From Rhizodiscina lignyota (lineage: Eukaryota), in contig ML978131.1 of assembly GCA_010015805.1 (NCBI GenBank), positions 1,054,001 to 1,108,574 of the forward strand: 54,574 bases of DNA, written 5' to 3'. The notes beneath the pieces were generated by a model, which did not search any database, was not told where the DNA came from, and saw only the letters and a list, made by a program, of their open reading frames with translations. This document shows, piece by piece, positions 1 through 12,126 of this stretch (positions within the stretch are counted from its first letter, which is position 1; each line of letters begins with the position of its first letter). A program made the position numbers and the translations under genes.

Positions 1-149
1 TCAAGGAAGAAGGCAGAAAGAGTTGGAACGCTTTCGGAGATAGAGAAGACACATGTCCACAGTACGTACAGTTAATGTCCCCTTTTCCATCAATATTGTG
101 GTGTGACAATGCGTAGTCTTGAAGGTGGAAACGAAGCCCTTGTGAGGTC

Positions 150-343
150 GACACGAAAATGTGGTCGTGGGCACATAACCCTAACCCTACCAACGGACAC
201 AGAAAATGTTAGTTAGGGTTTTCACAACGGCCAACCCCTAACCATCGACCCAAACACCTTTCCAATATGTTAACTAGGGTTTGGAGACCCTAGACACTAA
301 CAGCTCTGGTGGTGGCTCAGCATGAGTAGGGTTCTCAACCCCT
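150..343. promoter_or_regulatory. Cluster of telomere-repeat-like (CCCTAA/TTAGGG) motifs, probable promoter elements
   Basis: TAACCCTAACCCTA 176-189, TTAGGG 213-218, CCCTAA 236-241, inverted CTAGGGT..ACCCTAG 274-293, TAGGGTT..AACCCCTA 327-343; GACAC(A)GAAAATGT at 150 and 196. The promoter role is inference. Confidence 0.4.
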
Positions 344-1201
344 ATTCACCTCAGTCCAACCCACGCGGAACTCTTTCTGCCCACGCCCAACCACAATCAC
401 TGAACACGAAAGATCCGTCAGCTCGGCACTTGAGGGGATGCTTCTGTTCTTGAATTTGGAAATTATCGTTGCAGCTGACAAAGTGCTTCTATGACATAGA
501 AGACTTCCGAGAATCCGAAGAATTCGGATGCATGCATCTCACTACCACTATCACCGAATTCATCGTCTGCGAGCCACATATCTCGAACTCATTTCACACA
601 AAAGACCAAGGTTGAAGATGGATCCATCTTGCATTTTTTGTTACTCTTGTTCGAGCCTCCCCTACGCGAACAAGTATCTCGTTAGATCTCATGTAACAAA
701 AGGAAAAAGGGAGTGTATCAGCCCGGGAACGGAGATGCGTCACCCAATTCTGCCGGCCGCTATGGAGTACATGAATCCCAAGCTCTGCCAAACAAAAGAG
801 AAGATCGCTGCTCTGCGTCATGCCATACCTCTGAAGACCTCCCAGTAGTTTGAACCCAGTCGCAGATTCCCAGACTTCCAGACGTGTCGCTGTGCATAGT
901 CAGAAGAGAAGAAGCCCACTCATGTTTCGCCGTGACCTGAACCATTCTGAGTGTGTGCCATCTGTCCTTTGCTCCGTTGCTGTGCTGCGCATGTCCAGAC
1001 GCCTCCATGTTACCCGATTGATCGCATTTGACAAAGGAAAACCTGAAGTTTCAAAACAAGTTCTAAAAGCAGCCCCCACATGTGTTTTTCTGTTTGATCC
1101 TTTTGATCTTCTTGAGCACGATATTCCCTTCACATGACCTTAACTTGTCATAACTTGCCGATGAATGCCCCATTTCAGGACGAGAGAGATACTTGAGAGC
1201 A

Positions 1202-3575
1202 TCAGTAATAGCGGCCGACGAAGCTGTCCGGCAATGCTGAGAGACCGAAGAAAGCGCCGACGCCGCCAACGACACCACCGACGAGCGCACTAGTGAACGC
1301 GGTAGCGGCAAGCGCGAGACGAGCACGCTTTGGTGGACGTTCCTCGGTTGTCAGAGCTTCTCGGTTCACAGCAGCGCCGTCCTCAATTGCGGTCTCCACT
1401 TGGTCCGTCGTATTTGGTGCCTCCGTTATAGCCGCGTCCTCCTTCTCGCTCTTCTCCGTTTCCATGGCAGCGGTGCGCTCCATGCTCTCCCTGAAAGCGG
1501 CGTACGCCTTGTACCTATCGGCCCTGAGTGTCTGCATTTTCTCGACAACCGAAACCGGCACAGACTCGGTGGGCTTCTCGCGCTGCGTGATGACCGACTC
1601 ATCGAAGTCCTTAGGCAGGCCCAAGGGGAATGACACCTTGCCGGGCTTGCTACGAGTATGATAACCATGGAGATCGTTCGCAATGTCGTCGTTGGCAACA
1701 TCGTTAAAGCCTAGCAGCGTCTTGATGATAGACCCATTAACGAGCTCGTCGTCGAGATCGTCAGCATGAGACAAAACATCATCATGAGCGAAGGTGTCGA
1801 AGCTGCGCTTCTTTGAGCCGATGGCCATGTCACTCGGTCCAGGGAATGAGCGTAGCGGAGGTGGTGGTGGAAATCCGCGGCGTGAACCAGCTTCGGCACC
1901 AGCAGATGCTTCACGCACTGACACTGTCCACGGCGCCGCAGTCATGAATGAAGCGTCGCGGTCGTTGCTGTCCATGCCGAAGACTGGCGCCTCGCTCATG
2001 ACTTTGCTTGGAGCTTGAAGATCAGTTGAGTAAAACGGTGGTAGGTGGTACTGAGTCAGTGAGTTGGTCGTCGAAATCGACGGCAAAGCGAAAGCGGATG
2101 CGCTCGCGAGAGCACCCTCAGCCTTGCCTGTAGCAGCATTGATGTCATGCTTGTCGTTTAGCATGTCGTCGATGGTCAGCTTTCGCATCGGTGCTGGCGC
2201 CTGAACTTGAGGGATAGGAGACAAGCGCTCCGTGGTCACCACCTGTGGCGTTGATATACGAGGCTTCGCGGTGAGCTCGATCATCGAGTTGATCTCGTCT
2301 TCACTATCAGAATCGAAGATGGTATGCGGTGCTTTGCGCCAAGGAGGCAATGTCTCCTCGAACTCCTGCTCGCAGCTCGTGTCCTTGCGCTTCGAGAGTT
2401 CGAAAGCGCGGGGGTTCTCATCAAAGATATCTCCAGCGTCGTCATCATTCTGAGTCATTGGCTTCGGACTTGGTGAACGAGCAGACTCGGCAATGGAGCT
2501 AGCGACCTCCTCATCCGCATCGATATCGATCAGTATGCCCGCATCGTTGTCCTTCTTGAGGCCCATCCAGGCGGCGATGGGTGAGACTACTTTGTTAGCA
2601 TCGGCGTTGGTGTCGTCGATAGCGATAGGGTTGATCTCGGAACCGGAAGATGCTACAAATGGTGTTAACAAAGGTGCATACGTTTTCAAGTCATCGTGAC
2701 GAGTTGAAAACATACCTTCGGCAGCTTCTGGGGAATCAATGTGAGATTCCTTTCGAGTAGACATGATGATTGGAGCAGAGGACTCAGAGCCCGCACCATC
2801 ATCAGAATCGCTATCAGAATCGCTATCAGCAAGGCTGATGTGACTTGGCGCACGGCTCGAGTCGGAATCAGGAACACGGTAGCCGTTCTCATGCTCTGAA
2901 GAGGTTGCACGGCCACTAATGAAGTCCTCGAAATAGGAAGACGGTGGAGTGTGGTTGGACTCCTCAATGTCGTCGTTCAGAGGGAAGACGGTGACCTCGT
3001 ACTTGGGAGCCTTGAAAGTATCTGTGGCATTCTGTGTTAATACACCAGAAACTCTCATGCAACGTATTAAATTAGTCTTACCATCTCCGCGAGTAACATC
3101 CGTACCGAACTGAAGGATATCTCCGGTGATCAAGCGGTGATTCTTGCCCTCCTCAATCTTCTTGCCATTAAGGAAAGTACCATGCATGGAACCGGTGTCA
3201 CGGATGAAAGCTTGCATTTTCTATAGTCCAATGTTAGCATACCATAGAGGTGTACCGGCCTCTCAAAGCTAGCTCACCTCTGTGTCTTCAACTCCAATCT
3301 TCTCCACGCTCAGGCGAGCATGAGAACGAGAGATGACAGGGTTGTTAACCCAGCAGTTATTGGTGGCAGCAATGAGCTGCTTCGTGGCGCTCTTGGAGCT
3401 GCGGCCGACTTCGATCGTCTTCATCTCGGTGAGGGTAACGTATCGATGTTTCAAGTCGTCCTTGCCTTCGGTCAAGGTGAACTGGACCATCATTCCGGAG
3501 GTGGGCGTATCTGGGATAATGCGTAAGTAAAGAGCTTTTACTAGATGATGGAGGGCGGCACTAACCTGAAGCCAT
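1202..3575 (-). CDS. FHA-domain protein with long acidic/disordered middle and C-terminal transmembrane tail anchor
   Basis: ATG at 3575; introns 3565-3511, 3277-3221, 3081-3022 (GT..AG with branch sites). Spliced N-terminus has FHA hallmarks (IEVGRSS, NPVISRSHA, DTGSMHGTFLNG, GDILQFG). Hydrophobic C-terminus LALAATAFTSALVGGVVGGVGAFFGLSAL; TGA at 1204-1202. Confidence 0.85.
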
Positions 3576-3620
3576 GTTTGCAGTGGTGGGAGAGTTTGGT
3601 TGCGTGAGAGGGTGGAGCAA

Positions 3621-3646
3621 CTTCACTCGGGCGCTTCACTCGGGCG
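3621..3646. repeat. 13-bp perfect tandem duplication in the 5' region of the FHA gene
   Basis: cttcactcgggcg cttcactcgggcg. Confidence 0.8.
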
Positions 3647-4343
3647 CTCGACTTGAGGAGTGCTGCAGTTGCACGGAGGGTGATGCGGATGTCGCCAGTG
3701 TTCGGGAAGCTCGAATTTGATGATTTTCAATGGTACTCCAAGCCTCCAGTCTCTGGAGTAGGTGAAACTACGTGCTTCAAGTGTGTACAGAAGCTGGTGG
3801 AGTGAGGTTCAAGGAAGAAGCAGAGTTGGGGGAACGAAGCGGCCTCAAGTACTAAGTCAAGGCAGCACCAGTGCCCCGCTCGGAGTGTTTGACTTGAGTG
3901 GAGCTCCAGTCAGCGGAGCCTTGTGTGCTTGGCAGCAAGAGCCGGTGAAAAGAGACAGGAGTGGAAGAGGAAGGATTTACAAGCCCACGTCCGAAGTCCT
4001 TCTTTACGATGGATGTTGGAGGTAAGGGTGGAAGTGAAGTGAAGGTGGTGAGCTTCAGCCCTCATCAGGTGGGGGGTGGGGCAGCTCTAATCGACAAGCC
4101 GAGCGCGCTAACGCCGAGATTGGAATAGCCGCTCAGAAAAAGCCCCACGAACTTCTTCGCAGCACAGTCACATCAAAACACCGAAACAACTCGACTTGCC
4201 ATTGCCGCGCGTCACACTCTCCAGCACACGCCAAAGAGCGCATCTGCTGGCTGCTGGACAAGCACGTACCTCGCACCTCACGCCTCCTCTCTGCGACATC
4301 TCGTCGATTATGCTGTGACATTCAAGCAACACCTCGGATCACA

Positions 4344-7300
4344 ATGGCTACCGAAGAATACGAGTCGTCGCACAAGAGGAAGTTGAAGGAGCAGGTGGTA
4401 GACAGGGTGCCGAAGCGAATCAAAGAGTTGAGATTCGGAGTTCTGTAGGAACCATCAGCCGGCCAGAGGAGATGTTCGCGTCCTAACTCAAACAGGTCGA
4501 GCCAAGAAGTCCTCAAGCAATCCGTCGTCGACGTCCACGATCGTCATGTTTACGAGTCCCTTAGCCAAGGTCCGGATCGGAGGATCACACCGAATGGGCC
4601 TATGGATGGCCGCATGGGCACATCTCAGAAAGGACAATGTGAGACGTGTGGGAAGCCACTGCAAAGCTGCAACGGCCACTTCGGCCATGTCAAGCTGGCT
4701 CTGCCGTGCTTCCATATCGGCTACCTGCGATATGTGATAGAGCTGCTGCATAGCATCTGCAAGAAATGTGCATATGTCCTCCTTGACGAAGACCAGCGCC
4801 GCAGCTATCTTCGCCAACTCCGTCGTACCGGCATGGACAGCTTCCAGAGAGCTCAGCTGTGCAAAAGGATCGCGTTGGACTGCAGAAAGCATAAGAATTG
4901 TCCGAGATGCAACGCAGTGAATGGACCGGTCCGGAAAGCTCCTGGACATCCTCTCAAGATCATCCATATGCAGTTTGAGCACTTCAACAAGTCGACAGCA
5001 AAGTCGAAGGTGACACCTCCGAGCAAGATTCTCTGGGATGACTCTTTTGCTGCGGCGAAACAAGCCAACCCAGAACTCGAACGCCATATCAAGCGAGCAG
5101 TAGATGATCTCAACCCTCTTCGAGTGCTCAACTTGTTCAGGCGAATGTCAACAGTCGATATAGAGCTTGTTGGAATGAACCCGGCAGAGGGTCATCCGGA
5201 AATGTTCCTCTGGCAATACCTGCCTGCACCCCCCGTCGCTATTCGCCCGTCAGTCAAGCAAGAGACCGCCACCACCGAAGACGATCTCACCAACAAGCTT
5301 GGTGACATTGTACAAATTAGCTCAATGATCCGTCAAGGCCTAGAGCAAGGTCAACCGATTGCGGCCATCATGGAGCAATGGGAGTTTATGCAAATTCAAA
5401 TCGCTCTCTACATCAACAGTGGCGTTCCAGGCCTAAACAGATCAGACTTGGGCAAACCAGTAAGAGGCTTCTGTCAACGTCTTAAGGGAAAGCAGGGCCG
5501 CTTCAGAGGAAACTTATCCGGAAAGCGTGTAGACTTTTCGGGCAGAACTGTCATCAGTCCCGACCCTAACCTAGGTATCGATGAAGTCGCCATTCCAGTC
5601 AAGGTTGCTTGCAACTTGACGTACCCAGAACGTGTGACGAGCTACAATATCGGGAAGCTGCGCGGACGTGTTATGAACGGGTCATCGAAGCATCCCGGTG
5701 CGAACTACATCATCAAACACAAGGACAACCGATCGGTCAGAGTCGATGTCCTTGAAATGATTGACAAACGACCGGGATCAAAAGGTGGCAAGCTCGCGAA
5801 GGCCGCAGATGAGCTACAAATAGGTGACATTGTCGAACGCCATCTTGAAGATGGAGACATCGTTCTGTTCAATCGACAGCCCTCACTTCATAAACTTAGC
5901 ATTCTCAGTCACAGGGCAAAGATCCGCCCGTGGCGAACATTCCGCTTAAACGAGTGCGTCTGCAATCCGTACAACGCCGATTTCGACGGAGACGAGATGA
6001 ACCTTCACGTTCCGCAAACCGAGGAAGCACGCGCAGAAGCGATTCAGTTGATGGGAGTCAAGCATAATCTTGCAACGCCAAAGAACGGTACACCGATCAT
6101 CGCAGCTATTCAGGACTTCATAACTGGCGCATACCTCCTCAGCAGCAAGGACAACTTCTACAATCGCGCCGAATTCATGCAGATATGCTGTTACATGTTC
6201 GACTGCGAGGCGGTTCTTGATCCAGAGACGAGAAAGAGACACCAGATCGACCTTCCGTCACCGGCAATCATTAAGCCAGAAAAACTCTGGACCGGCAAGC
6301 AAGTCTTCAACGTCCTGATGAAACCGTACAGGGAGAGCAAAGTGCTGGTCAATCTTGACGCGGAATGCAAGGCCTTTACGCGCGGCGGAAAAGGAGCTCC
6401 CGAGCAGCCGGAGGACTACAACAAGGACGACAATTACCTGATCATTCGCAACTCCGAGGTCCTCTGCGGCCGCATGGACAAGGCCACTGTCGGCGATGGC
6501 AAGAAAGACTCTGTCTTCTGTGTCCTGATGCGCGACTTTGGACCCGACTACGCCGTCCAAGGGATGAATCGTCTCGCCAAGCTCTCGGCGCGCTGGCTCT
6601 CCGAGCAGGGATTCTCTATCGGGCTCGGGGACGTCACTCCAACAGACCACATGGTCATCATGAAAGAGGACCTCGTCGAGAAGGCCTACAGGGAATGCGA
6701 CGAGCTGATCAAGAAGTTCAAGCGCGGAAAGCTTCCTCGCGAAGCCGGCTGCACAGAGGAAGAGACGCTTGAGAATAAAGTTACTGGTGTACTGAACCGC
6801 GTCAGGCAGCAGACGGGAGATATTTGTACAAGCGAACTCAGCAAGCGCAATGCGCCGATGATCATGGCGACAGCGGGATCGAAGGGCTCGATGAACAACG
6901 TCGCGCAGATGATTGCCAGTGTCGGACAGCAGATTATTGGTGGCAAGCGTGTCCAAGATGGCTTCCAGGATCGAACATTGCCCCATTTCCCAAAGTTGTC
7001 GCGTCAGCCGGCCAGTAAAGGTTTCGTCAAGAATAGCTTCTACTCTGGTCTCAACCCATCTGAGTTCATCTTCCACGCCATGAGTGGAAGAGAAGGATTG
7101 GTCGACACTGCTGTCAAAACTGCAGAGACTGGATATATGAGTCGTCGGCTGATGAAGAGCTTGGAGGACTTGAGCGCGCAGTATGATAATACTGTGAGGA
7201 ACAGCAGTGGCAATATCGTACAGTTCCAATTCGGAGACGATGGCTTGGATCCGGCGGACATGGAGGGTAATGCGAGACCTGTCTCCTTTGAGAGGACGTT

Positions 7301-8819
7301 CACGCACGCAATCACGAGTACATGGAACAACGACGAGAAGGGTATGAGCAAGACACACGTGAAACTCGAGACCACTAAGGTATTGGATGCGAAGCGCAAG
7401 AAATATCAGAGAGTCTCGTCTGGTGCCAAGGAGTATCGTCTCAAGGAAGGTCGGGAGTTCACCGTGGACCAGTATGAGAGTCGGCGCAACTTCATGGATG
7501 ATCTCGAGGCCTTCATCGAAAAGCAAGCATCACGAATCAAACAAGGCAAGAAATACGAGGGCTATGAGAATCGCACCGCGAAGATTAGTCGCACCGCCCT
7601 TGGCACATTCATCAATCTCTGTCTGAGCAAATACGAGAAGTCCATCGTCCAACCAGGCCACGCCGTCGGCGCCGTCGGCGCTCAGAGTATTGGTGAACCC
7701 GGAACACAAATGACGCTCAAGACCTTCCATTTTGCTGGTGTTGCAGGCATGAGCATCACCCAGGGTGTCCCACGTATCAAGGAAATCATTAACGCGAGTA
7801 AGTCGATCTCTACACCTGTCATCAGCGCACCGCTGCAGAACAGAGAGAGCACAGAGGCCGCTAGCATCGTGAAAGCACGCATCGAGAAGACTTATCTGCG
7901 CGACATCCTCGCGAACGTCGATGAGAATTGGGGCCCCAGGGAGTTTAGTCTCACTCTGAGACTCAACGAGCAGACGCTCAATGATCTCCGTCTCGACATC
8001 ACCCTCGAAGACATCGGGCGCGCGCTCATCGCTACGAAAACCCTGCACATCTCTCCCAGCGACATCTCCGTGCACGGCCACCACGTCACCGTTAAAGTCA
8101 TCAACCCGCTTGTTCCATTGCAGGACGGCAAGAAGCGCCCTAGTGCGGCCATGCAAACCCGCGCGAAGAAGATTGCCAAGGACGACGATTTCTATGTGTA
8201 CGTGCAGAACTTGAAGCGTGCGGTTGTGAATGTCGTGGTGCGCGGGTATCCAGATGCGACGCGTGTGGTCGTAAAAAAAGACGACAAGGCGAACAAGCGG
8301 GGGATCGAGGAGGTCAGCCTGCTAGTCGAGGGGTATGGCTTGCAGCGGTGCATGAACACAGAAGGCGTGGATGGAAGCAAAGTGACGACTAATTCAGTGA
8401 TGGAGACGAAGGACGTGCTGGGCATTGAGGCAGCGAGGACCACGATTATCAAGGAGATTGCGGGCGTGATGAAGGGTATGGATATCGATCCGAGACATCT
8501 GCAGCTCCTGGCCGATGTCATGACGTACAAGGGCGATGTCCTGGGCATTACGCGCTTTGGGCTTGCGAAGATGAGGGATTCGGTACTGCAGCTGGCGAGC
8601 TTTGAGAAGACGCCAGATCATCTGTTTGAAGCCGCATGGAGGATGAAGCAGGATCCTATTGAGGGTGTGAGCGAGTGCATCATCATGGGGCAGAGTGTTA
8701 GGGTGGGGACGGGGGCGAGCAAGGTGGTGAGAAGGTTGAACTTGGAGAAGGAGGAGTGGAGCATGAAGAAGGGAAATAAGGGGCTAGGCTTTGAGCGTGG
8801 CTCTGCAGGAACCGCGTAG
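4344..8819 (+). CDS. RPC1: DNA-directed RNA polymerase III largest subunit (C160)
   Basis: ATG 4344, intron 4445-4495, then the 1405-aa ORF frame. Zn-clamp CETC..CNGHFGH, GKQGRFRGNLSGKRVDFSGR, catalytic NADFDGD, TAVKTAETGY bridge helix, GEPGTQMTLKTFHFAG trigger loop. No heptad CTD; GITRFGL..VLQLASFEKT resembles Pol III. Confidence 0.97.
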
Positions 8820-9636
8820 ATGAACTAGGGAGGGCAGTGATGTGGCGATGTAAGATGATGATAACGAATGAATGGAAAGTCTGCTGCTGCAGTCATCAGC
8901 GACCTGGATTGTGCCAATCTATATGAATGTGATGCGTAATTCGTCGCTAGATTGAGGTTGACAAAATAGTTGCGCCAAAGCTACGGCACATAGAATTCCG
9001 AATTGCTAAGCTGTCCCATCTCTTTCAATTAAGATAATTATCTTTATTGAGGTTGCAATGTCAATTACTCTAACGCCAGCCAAACAATATAAAAAGCACT
9101 TTCAATGATGTTCTCGTTCCGTTGGGGAACAAAAATCATTTATGCTACATCCTTTGCTTCCTTTCTACGTCTATTGGAGCCAGCTATTTTGTCACCCTTC
9201 GAGATTGGGAAAACTCACCCAGACTCATCAAACTCCATACTCTCTGACAGTATTCATCAAACAGATTCAATTTAGTATTGAGACGCTCAGGAGGTACTGA
9301 TATGTCACGGAGAAGATGCCCCTCACATGCCATCAGAGGACTAACACTCGGAGTGTTTTGGATCATATAGTATGGGGATCAAGGCGCCAAGGACGTCTTG
9401 TATGGATTCCATGGTGGAAATGGATACGAATAATTCGAAGGCCCTCTCCACTGAAATGCTATCAGCTTCGGCCCCATGCCAATTCAATTTCGGCGCAACA
9501 TCTCTTAGATCATGACACCTTTCTTGTGCTTGAATGATAAACGAACATTCATGTTGCAGGGCTGCGAACCAAAATATATGGCAGACAAAAACTCTTCGAA
9601 TAACCTATTCCAGCGGGCCAAGAGTTATGAAGCGCT

Positions 9637-10891
9637 CTAGTCCTTAACAGGCTCGTGTAAATGATGTGACCGAGCATATGTCATCTCCGCACTGAGCCTC
9701 GACTCCTCGTTTATCCACGCCGCCGGAGGTCGAATGTTCGGTCCGATCTGAGGCGCGACTTCGATGATTTGCCCGGCGAGCTTTGAATCCCCCAGAGTCA
9801 TCTCAAATGCTTCAAGGACGTGCTTCATTGGTACCAAGACGCCCAGCTTTTCCGCTTTGTCGTAAACCGCTGTTGTTGAGATTCCGGTTCTGACCTTGTT
9901 CGGGCAGACTGTGTTCAGAGCGATGTTCTCTTCGATAAGGATTGAACCGTAAGAGCGGACGAAGCCGACAATCGCACTAGGACTTGATCAGATGATATTT
10001 GAAGAAGGCGGAAGTGGACCACGTACTGTTTAGCTGCGGTGTACACTGGAATCGGCTTGTGGATGTAAAAGCCACACACGGAAGCGACTGGAGTGACTGC
10101 AGAATGAGGTTAGTTGCTAAAGTGGAAGACCAACGATCGATAAAGCGATTGATAACGAAACATGGCCAAAGATTGTTGAAATACAAAGCACATGAAGTTG
10201 ATGCTTCAGTTGACTTATTCAATTCGCTAGACACCGCATCCAGATGAATAAGTAGTATCCACTGATGACTGGAATACTGAACAGGGGTGACGGAAGATAA
10301 TGAAATATATCGCAAAGAAATTCGCTGTCTTACTCTTTCCCCTGAACCCGTACTTATTAACTGGCTGTCGGCGGAAATGCTGTACGCCCAGCCAACATGT
10401 GTAAATTACACCGGTGCAATTTACATCCAACAACGTTAAGTCCGGTTTTTCGTATCCTTTCGAGTCCGGTCGATTTGGAAATGAGCGACGTTCTCCGAGT
10501 CCTGCAATTGGGAAGACGTAGTCGATACGTCCGAACTCTGCTTCGGCAGTCTCAAAAGCCTTGCGCTGGGAGTCCCAGTCCGCGGCATCAACTTCGACGG
10601 CCCATACCATTTGACTACTCTTGCCATTGTTTAGTTGCTCGGCGACTGCCTGTGCGCCTTTAAGGTCTCGATCCGCGACGTAGACTTTGATACTATTGCC
10701 CAGCTCTTGGTATCAGAACGAGAGTTTACCAGGTTCACGGGGATGAGTCTTACCCATTCTCAACGAGCATCTCAGTGACTGCTTTCGCGATGCCACTGGC
10801 TCCGCCTACCAAAATTAGCATCACGTACGAATTCGGTGTGGCAAATGGGGTGTGGACCTGTCAGAAACGCTGTCTGCCCTGCGTAAACCAT
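9637..10891 (-). CDS. Short-chain dehydrogenase/reductase (15-hydroxyprostaglandin dehydrogenase-like)
   Basis: ATG 10891; introns 10857-10806, 10753-10693, 10333-10097, 10026-9977. Spliced product has TGGASGIA Rossmann motif, FGRIDYV, ASVCG serine, catalytic YTAAK, NTVCP; TAG at 9639-9637. Confidence 0.9.
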
Positions 10892-12126
10892 ATTGGAAGA
10901 CCACGACTGAGAGAGAGATTGAATTAAGCTTTTAGGTGGCTGAAAGTATTTAACAAAAGTAGAAAGGCAGATTTCTGAAATATATCGCGTGCCCTGTCGT
11001 AAGAAAGGAGCTCCAAGGGGAGAATCGGCTAGTCTCGGACCATGGAGCTTGACTGTCCGTTGGAGTTGTCCACATGAACGAAACATTTTCTAGCGTAGAA
11101 AGAGTATCCACTTGAAAATGGTAAGAAAATAGATCATACCTATTATTATTATGTTCTCTTTGGCTGTACTTTACTAAGTGGTCGAAATCTGGAGAGCTCA
11201 CCAGTGAGATGGTTGGAATCATGACATTTGGCAAGAGCATAAACGACTTAGTTGTAAATCAATAAATGAAAGTCTTTGAAGAAACTTTCTACGAATAATC
11301 TAAGTCTAACGAGTATCTATGCTTAGTTTCGTGGATCGATAACCCTAGAGAAAGAGGACGGTAAAGATTAAACTGAAGCTCTGGTGCAGAGCTACCTAAG
11401 TCTAGGGGCACCCTGCCTAAAGTTCGGTACAAACTCACCCAGTCACACAGTCATGGAAAATGCCAAGCGATGCCCCGCTGCCCCATCAACATGGGGTGGC
11501 ACCCGACGAGGTTGCATGCACCGTGACCGTGTCAAGGATCAGGTACAGAGTAAGCTTAATCTTATTTTTACAACTATCGTTTATATGTACTGCAATTCAT
11601 TAGAAGTGCTGCCAGCGACCAGAACCCACCTCCTTCAATCAATCTCGCGAGTCTGACACTAGCTCCACGTAGCTCGACTCCGCCATTATCCGACTGCACA
11701 TTGATTGGTTCCCGAAAGGTAGCCATGGTTCCGGCTTCCAATCCTCTCACTCCCGTTGTTCATATGCTGGACATGAAGCTTCTCTGCAAGGCCTCATTCC
11801 TGGAGTAGTGGGCTGCTTAGGGGTGCTCCGCGGATAAAATCTTCACATGAAGCCTTCGAGGCCGGGGAATCATTTGCGCTTCCTGTTGCTAGCACGTCCA
11901 GGATGTAGCCAATATTCAAGCCAACCGCGGCATCCTTTAGCTTCACAGAAGCTTCGAGCGGGGTGCGTGGACTAGACTGGCGCGCCGTCGTATTCCCAGA
12001 GTTGAAGCGCATTCAACGATCAACGTCAAAAGGCTCCGACATGGACGCCTTTCAGCTTGATTCATCACCACTGCTCCTTCGCTCCACTCATCTTCACAAG
12101 CTTGCGTACACCAAGCGCGGTACAGG

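Noticed and set aside
176..189. TAACCCTAA as telomerase RNA template or true telomere
   Set aside because: Only about two repeats, motifs occur in both orientations, and I could not identify a pseudoknot or CR4/5 by eye; a covariance-model search is needed.
6258..8156. Long antisense ORFs (422 aa, 208 aa) opposite RPC1, and similar ones opposite NTH1, CSN1 and the beta-propeller
   Set aside because: Shadow ORFs caused by codon bias of the sense gene; no motifs.
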